Assembly: GCA_001643675.2 (NCBI GenBank)
Contig: LSRY02000004.1
Coordinates: 310,001 to 374,000, forward strand
Length of the DNA: 64,000 bases
Origin: Monocercomonoides exilis PA203
Lineage: Eukaryota > Protista > Preaxostyla
Direction: 5' to 3'
A model generated the notes under the pieces. It had not been told where the DNA came from and ran no database searches. It worked only from the letters and a program-made list of their open reading frames with translations. Made by a program: the position numbers and the translations under genes. Below, piece by piece: positions 1 through 9,000 of this stretch. How positions within the stretch are numbered: position 1 is the stretch's first letter; the number at the start of each line of letters is the position of its first letter.

Positions 1-2
1 CT

Positions 3-3000
3 TAACTTTTCAGAAATATAAATGATACTCGCGCTCACTTCTTTTTCGTCTGTTTCTTCATCCTCAAAATCAATCGCATCTGAGACAGTCACGAACACTG
101 TCCCTTTTGAAAAATACTGGATAAACGATCTTTTCAATTCTACAAGTGTAGGCCGACATGATGCTTTTGCAGACAAACACGCTTTAATAGACTCAAAATG
201 TGTTGACATGCTGACTGAAGAAGCGTTTGGTCTTTCTCCTTTAATAATCTTGTCTCCCGCAATCACTGCCTCATACTCCCCAAACGGGATCTGCAGTGTC
301 AGGCACTCCCACAGCATCATCCCAATCGAGAATGCAACAGTCTTCTTCGTCGCCTGCTTCTTTGCCCCGCTCAGCAGCTCAGGCGCCATCCACCTCAGAC
401 ACTCTTTTTTGAAATCATTCTCATCCTCAAACGCTGACGAGGGCAGAGAGTCTTCGCTATCATCACTGGCAGATGTCACAACAGTCGACGAAGAGATCGA
501 TGATGAGTCTGAACTGTCACCAGATGAAAGCAAATCAGAGTGCATCACAATGCAGATCACCATGTGCTCAGAGAACAGCACAATGTGCGGGCTCAGATTC
601 GCAAGTGACTGAAGCTTGTTTTCCATCTCATCAAACGAGTGGAGCGCAAGATTCGCCACCCAGAACAGGATCTGCGCAGCTGTCACTTCTCTCTCCTCCA
701 GCGACCCGATCGGCATCTCCTTTGTCTTGTTCCTTCCATGCAGCAGCATGAACAGCGAATCTCTCAGATCCACAATCAGCTTCTCATGAGGCGATGAGCA
801 GGCCATTGCATCCACCAGATTCGACATCGACGAGGTGGTTGGACACAGATCCTCTCCTCGAACAAATGTGGAATCTGAATCAGTCGTTGAAGTGGTTGAA
901 GTGGATGAGATGGATGGAGATGGCGTTCGCTTTCTTGTTTCCTCATTTTCCTCCTTCTCCAACATCCATTCAGGAATCTTGTCTGAGTCTTTCCCCAGAA
1001 TGTATTCTGTTGAGCCACTCTCACTCAAAAGATGCTCTGATGATTCAGAATGCTCCATATTCGTATCATACACTCTCTTCTTCATCCTCTCTTCATTCTT
1101 CTTCTCAGCCTCTCTCTCAGCCCTCCTCCACTGCTCCTCAGGCGACATCTCCATTGTTACCATCTCAAACGCCTTCGGATCCTTCCTCACTGTGTCTTCC
1201 ACAATCACCTCCAGCTCTTTTGTCCTTCTCTTCTGCTTTCTCCACCGAACAATGAATATCACAGAAATTATCAGAACAATCAACAGAATTATTACCAACA
1301 CAATTATAATCACAGTTGAAGAAGAACCATATCCTTTTCCACTTTCAACAGCTTTTCCGTCTCCATTTGCTTTCGGATCGCTTCCGTTCTTCAAAACAAA
1401 TGCTTTTGTTGATGAAGGTGCCTCTGCATTTCCAAACAGAATGCACACAGACACTTCTGTCTCCTCTCCTGCCTCATAAATCGTCTTTGAAGGCACCGCC
1501 CCCAACACTTCTGCCTCTGACACAAACCCTCCCTCTTCAAATGAGTATCTCTCTACCAACGCCTCCGACCCAACCCTCTTCACCACCCGAAACGACAGAT
1601 TGCACGGCACAAGAAGCAGCCCAACGAACTTCAGCCTCGTCACACTCCCGTCCTCCTCCGCCTCCACACTTTCCAGTTCCGGAATGAAAAACGCTGATTC
1701 TCTCTCTTCTGCTATCCCGCCCAGCTTACACCCTTCATTCAGCACCCACAGCGACGACCCCTCCTTCACTCCGTCTCCTCCTTTCACACTTGCCACCTTC
1801 AACAACCCTGAGCCTGCACAAACGATATTTCTCCGAACTGATTGATAATTTTCTATCTTCGGGTTGTTGTTTATGAATTTTCCATCTTCAATCATCATGC
1901 TCCCTCCAAACACGCTCATTCCTCCTTTTGAAAAGTTCTCAATTGTGGTGTCTTTCATCGAAGAGGTGCTGTTGACAAATGAAACGACCGAAGATGCCCA
2001 TTTGCAAATGTGCTCCTCTTTGTTGCTTTCATTTTTTTCTGAATGATCCAGGTCACCTCGAAGCACGTTCCAATGCAATGTCACGTTGTTGCAATCACAA
2101 AAACTCATCACGCTTCCTGCCTCAGACTTCGAAGAGGCATTGGAAAAAGTGCAATTCGCCAAACAAATCCCTCCTTTGAACAACGAGCAAGCAATGATTC
2201 CTTCCTCCTGCTGCGCAGACGAAACATTATCAAATGATGCATCTTTGAGTTCAACACTTCTTTCGCCTCCACTCTTTTGCTGTTCAGAAAATGGTTGTTC
2301 CCCTTCAATCAAAATGAAAGCGCCTTTGTTCAGAACAGTATCTTCCACTTTCATTTCAGAGAGCAGCACACAACCACTCAAATGAGCGATTCGAATTGAA
2401 GCTTCGGCAGAAAAGTGCATGTGACATATTTTTATCTGTGAAGCAGTCACTTGCCCATTTTCGATTGAGATGAGCGTCAGTTCAATCATTTGAGCACTTC
2501 TTTCTTCCTGCGATTGGGCAAAGCTACATGCAAACAACGACAGGCTTCCAGATTCTGCTGTGAGCAAAATGTGGTGTGCTGAAGAAAAGTCTGATTCAAA
2601 GAAAAACTCAATCTTCGAGACAGAGACGCTTCCTGATGTTGATATTACGCTGGATCTTGTGTGCGCAATATCGCGGAATATGGTGAGTTTCGAGGGATCT
2701 TCCTTTCGAGACGCAATTGAAAGATCTTCCAGATCCATCTCCTTTTCAACAAACGACTCGTCATCCACCAGAAGTCTGCTTTCCACATCGTTCGTCAAAT
2801 GGCTCAGCGCATAGCCGATTGTCAGGCACGGAAGCTTCAGTGTTCCGCATTGTCTGTCATTCTTCCCGTTCTTGGAGGGAGCGGATGACAGGATGATGGT
2901 GTCTGCCTGGTGGATTGTGATGAAATCCATCAGATTTGTGTCGCTCTTGTGGTTTGTGGAGTCGATTCCGTAAATAGCATTCAACCGCGTATATGCTGTG

Positions 3001-6000
3001 TCTCGCAAGTCAAAATAGAATTGCGTCTCATTGATCTGGCTTTCGATGTCAACACACTCCACAAAAATATCATTCCCCACTTTCGCGCTGTTTCCTTTGA
3101 ATGCCATCTTCTCAAACAGAAACGAGAGTGCGCCCTCAAAATTTGCATATATGTAAATCCCTCCTCCTTTTCCATTGTCGTTGCTGCATCCGCACTGAAT
3201 CACTGATGACTTGCTCATTGACAGAGCTCCTTCGCTATGAAGCTCCTCAAAAATACCGCCACCCTTCTCTGACCCAACTGCCTTACACGAATCAAATGTG
3301 CATCCGCTGATTGATATCACTGAAGCACAGCCAGACGAACTGATAATTGCAGGCCCGTTGCCATTCCGAGTGATCAGCTGGAATGTGGAGTTTTTGATGG
3401 CGACAGAGCAGTCAGCAGCATTCTCCTTTTGGTATGAGCGAGAAACTATTTTCACAAAACTTACTCCAGAAAATGTACATCCCGAAGCCGCAAGATGCTG
3501 CATTGCACAATCGCATCCGTTGCTGATCGCAAACACACCCATCTCCGACATCACATTCCCAACTGACAGCTTCGAAACATTCAGCACTCCGCTTTCCATC
3601 AACAAGAGCCCAACCTTCGCTGGAGCATCTCCACGTGTCTCAGCTGCAAACGAACAATCACTTATCCCAATTACCCCACATTTTCCAACAAATGAATACT
3701 GCCGCTCGTTCCAAAACCCTTCCGACAGCACAACTGAAATCCTGTTCAGCTGCAAAACTCCCTCGCTGCTAATTGCGGGATCGGTGCCACTTTCTGTCTT
3801 GTTTGCAAAAATCAGCTTCCCTTGACTTTGTTCTTCGGTTTCATCATGCTCAATAATAAAGTTGGAGAGCACGAACGAGTCCTGCACAATTGTTTCATCT
3901 GATATTTTAATCCACTTCTGAGGAGCACTTTCATCAATCTGCTTCATCCCTTTCCACATACCCTTGCACGGATCCTCTTCGCTTCCGCACCTCATAATAT
4001 CGTATCCACCTGAACTCACAAATATTGTTTGGCTTGTGTATGTCTCCAAGAAACGGAGCAACCCAGTGTCTTTCCAGACCAAATCCCTTCCACAAAACAG
4101 CAGTTTGTCTTCTCTTCTTTTCGTGAAGTCAAAGCAGAATGTCGACAGCGTAACACTTTTGTTCAGATCCCCTGCCGAGATGAATATGTTTTTTCCTGCC
4201 TGTGCCTTGTGTCCAGCAAAAGAAATGCCTTCGCCAAAAACAAAAGGATTGTCTGTTGACGCACCTTGGCATTCAACAAATATAAACCCGCCTCTTCCAC
4301 ATTCTTCAGAGCAGCAGCAGTCATCTGTTTCTGTTTGGCTCATCGAAAATGTCGCTTCACCCACCAGCTCCACATAAACTGCTCCTCCCTTCTGGCTCGG
4401 CTTCGCAGATATCGATGAAAAATTGCATTCAGATATTTCGCACGAGGATGTCAGCTGAACAGGAGTTGACGAAAAAGATAGTGAAGAAAAATCACAATTC
4501 AGCAATTGAACATTGCCTCCTTCAGAATGAATGAGGCAGAACTCCAAGTTTGATGCGCTGTTGGACTTGAAGGTGCATCTATTGAGCGAAAGGCAAGAAT
4601 CGGCTGATTCAGACAAAAGAAGAATATTTTCGTTGTTTGAGAAAGAAGAAGGAAGCGAAAACTGAATCAATTCAAACTTCAATTCTTTCGAGTTCTGAAT
4701 AATTGATTTTTTCTCTTCGCTTGCTTCCATGGAATTCTCAAACAGCATCTCACACCTCTCATCTACCTTGCTCGACACAACTTTGAACAATGAGAGGTTA
4801 TAATGGTTCCTGATATTTGCTTCTGTATCAATTCGTATAACCCGATTCGTCGCTTCCAAATCGATGTTTTCATATCCTCTCCAAAACGATAGGCAAGCGA
4901 ATTCCGCACTTCCACACCCCAAAATGTCCATTCCTCCCCTTGAGACAAGAATCATATCCTCCTTCCTTTGGATCAGGAATAGCAGAAGATCAGTAACAGA
5001 TCCTTTCAGCAAAACATTATCTGTGCCTTTCAGATCAACAGTGCTTTCATTTCTCTCATTCTGCAGCTGAAACGCAAACCTTTGTCTCACAACAGATGCA
5101 TTCACGTCTGTGCTCAACACAAATATGTCTTTCCCTTCAAATGCACAATTATCTGCAAATGTTATTTCTGTCAGTTTAATGCTCAGCAAGGGATTCTCTG
5201 AAATGTCCAGATACAATCCGCCTCCTCTTCCGTAATTCGCATTTGTAGAACACGAGCTGATGCTTGTACCGTTCATCTTAACATCGCTTTCTCCCTCAAC
5301 AGAAATAAGTCCACATCCTCCGTTCTCTCCTTCGTTCCTACAACCCTTCATGCTTGTCCCATTCTTCCAGTTCAGGGTCTTCACTTTCTTCAGCACGGCA
5401 AACCCACCATTCTCAAATGAACAGTTTGTGCTTTTCAATTTATTCAAAAAAAGCTCAGTTCCCCCTTCTCCAACAACCATTCCTTTCCCGCTTGATCGGA
5501 TGTTACTCACTTCCGCGCTGTCAAAAGTGCACCCAACCTCGCCGCTCAAAAAGATTCCGCAGTCAGCTTTATATTCCATGTTCTTTATAACCACTCTATC
5601 CAGCGAGATCTTTCCACCTTTCCCTGTAATTATCCTCATGTTTGTCTCCGCCAATGTTTCCGGATCAGCATTTCCGAATGAGCACTCCACAAAATACGTT
5701 TTCCCCACACTAACTTCCACAAGCTCAGCGAAATCTGATGTTTCAGGCAGCTCAAATCCAATCTTCGAAATCGTCAGTGTTGTGAGCGTGGTTCCAACTG
5801 CCATCTTCAAGTGTCCCTCTTTCCCCACAATCACCCGACTCCCGTCCTCTCCTTTCCCTTCAATCGTCGTCGGTTCGTTTTCCCTCTCGATCTCTCCGCT
5901 CAGCTCACACGATGAAAGAATTCGCAGGATGCGCTTCTCCTCGGTCATTTTTCTTGAAGCATACCAAAGCTCCTCGCAAGGATAATCGTCAGCGCCGCAC

Positions 6001-9000
6001 CCGTCTGTGTGGCCATTGAGCGTGTTCACATATATTATTTCGTCCGCTCTGGGGAACAGATATTTCAGAAGCGTGTCAGATCCCTCAGGAAATGATGGAT
6101 CGATCACCCACATCGTTTCCTCCTCCTGCTCTTCTGTGGCTGACCCTGCCCACTTGTTTCGGTCGATCGTCATCCGCGGAGTGGGGCACACAAGATACAC
6201 ATCGTATCCCAGCATCGCATCGTTGCTCAGGAATTTGTTGTTCTTCATCGAGTATCCAACCTCGCTGCTCAAAAACTCCATGTGCAACCCTCCCCCCAAA
6301 CCATCCGCTTTCCTCACTTTGCTCTCTTCAACCGTGTTGTTGTTGAACAACAGCTCCCCGTTGGCAGACACAGTTGTGATGATGCTTCCTCCTTTCGAAC
6401 CACTCGCCAAGCAGCTGAGTGAAGTAAATGAACAAGAATTCACGCTCAAACTCTTTCCGGCTCCAACTCTCCCCGTAACCACCACTCCGTTTCCTTCGTT
6501 CCTCGTCAAAAGACTGAAGTTGCTCTTTTCAACTGTTGCACTCGACAATTCTTCAACGAATAAGACCCCGTGGTTCCCAAACTGTGTCGGCCCAGATATT
6601 TTCGAGTTTTTCATTTCCACATGGCTGCTGGACTTTACAGCAATCAGTCCTTCAACTGATCCCGTCTTTAGGTTGTTCCATTCCACATCTTCCAGAGTGC
6701 ATCGGCTGCTCGTCCCGCTCAGTTCAACCACTGGCGCTCCCAGCAGTTCTATTTCGTTCAGCACTCCCCTCAGAATATGGAGACTCCCACCTCTCACAAT
6801 CACGTATCCAAAGTCGATCTTCTTCGATTGCGCGTTCACCGAGCAATCAACCAGCGAAAGGGCGGAGCTGCTGCACAGAAGCAGACACTTTCTTTCAGCT
6901 GCTGCGAATGTTGTCGAAACATTGAATGCTATTCCACTGAATGAGATTGCACTGCTCGTCTCGATGAGCCCTTCTCCTTCTCCTGTTCCATCAGATATCA
7001 CATTTATAAGTGTTCCGTTTGTCTCTGCTTCAATGTCCATCTCTTGCGAACTCAAAACAATCGTATTTGCAAAGCAGAAACGACCTGTGAGCCTCAAACT
7101 CGCCTTCGAATCCCCAAATCGCACCAAACCCCCATACTGCAGCGTTCCGCACGGATAATCCAAAAACCCACATCCTGTGTAGTCAAAGCTGTTCTCCTCT
7201 GCTCCGCCAATAAAGCAAGGCTCTCCGAATTCTCGGAAATACAACACGAGAGGAATGTGAAATTCTTTATTTGTTGTGCTTCTCTCAAAACCCATCATAT
7301 CTTCAGCCAAGATGGTCTCTGTTTTGAAGCACTGCAGCCAATTCCCAATAATCTGCCTCAGATCTTCTCCATCAACAAACAGCTGCTTTCCTTTCCAGGC
7401 ATTGCAGCCGCTGAAACTGATATTATCGAAGGCCAGGCTTCTGATACTTTCGTGCAAAAAAAGATACATTGCACCGCCTAATCCATTTCCCACCGATTCG
7501 CGATCTTCTGAAGGCACCATGCAGTTCTCAAAACTTGTGCTTTTCACGCTCAAAACGTTTCCGCTTCCAACCTTCCCCATGACACCCCCGCCTCGAATTC
7601 CATTCCCTTCGTCACATGAGCCAGTGAAGTTGCAACTTTGGATTGTGATACTTTTTTCATCTCCATTTGCTTCATTGATATATAAGCATCCACCGTCTCC
7701 ATTTATCCTCCTCATTCCAGTCAAGCTGCTGTTCTCTATCTTTATTGAATTGTAGTTGTCTGCAAAGATTGGCGAAGTTGTGAATGTTGTTGCTTGTTCT
7801 ATTTTGAGTCCACTTATCAGAAGATTCCCGCTTTCAACAAAGATCACGCCGAAGGAAACAGGATCATTCGTATTTTCTGAAGAGAATTCCACACAACAGT
7901 TGGCGATGGAAAGCGACGATGAAGATAAAAGAAAGGCTTTTCTTGCAGCTGCGAACGGCCTTTGCACATTCAGTGACAGATTTGAAAGGGAAAGAGGAGA
8001 GGAGCACATCACCAGTCCATCCTTTGTGGCTCTGTCTGTGTCTCTAACTGAAATAGGCACAAGCGCCTCAGAATAGATAGTCGCTGATTTGGTCCAAATC
8101 ACAACTTCCTGTTGTATTATTGACCTTGAAAGAACTTTGATGGTGTTCAACGGATAGCTTATTCGGTTCTCAATGCAGTAATCGATTGACAAGCAAGCAA
8201 AAGAAGGAAATCCACAGTGAGTGTGATCAGCTCCATTGTCGCTGTCAGTGATAATTTCTGATTGAAGAATGCAAAGATACACATGCAGAGGAATGACTGG
8301 GTAAGCACTTCCATTTTCACTCCCGCTCAGAAGCAACGCATCTGTTGGAAGACTTTTTGAATCAAAAAATCCGAGTGAAGACGAATTGATCATTTGTGAA
8401 AGTAAAATTCCGCTCTCACATCCAACAAACACATCCTTCCCATATTCAGCTTTGTTCTTTGTTTCCTTTGAAAATACAACTTCATTCCTTATTTCAAAAG
8501 AAGAAGACACATAGCCACAGCGGATGCATATTCCTCCTCCTTTCCCTCCACATCCTTCTTCGCTTGGTGCACAGCATCCCTCGAAACAAGTTGAGCCATT
8601 TACAATCAGAATATCATTTTCACCTAGCCAAGCACTCATCCCTCCTCCTTCTCCTCCATCCCCATAAACGCAGCAATCACTGAATCCGCATCCATCGATC
8701 ACAATCTCTCTATTGCGGTTATTATTCAACACGTTGTTCTTCGCGATCGAAATAGATCCTCCATTCCCATTCATCCTCTTGATGCTGCTCATGTTGCATC
8801 CAGCACAGTTTATCATCCCAGCTCCATTCAAACTGATCAACGAAGCGGATCCAAATGAAATCTGCGATGTTGTGGAAAATCGGTTCAAAAACAGGCTCCC
8901 ATCGTTTATCTTCACAAATCCAAAACCAAATGCTACATTTCCGCTTGATGAGCATTTGAGCGAGCAATCAGCCATTGTCAGCTCCTCAGACTGGCACAAC

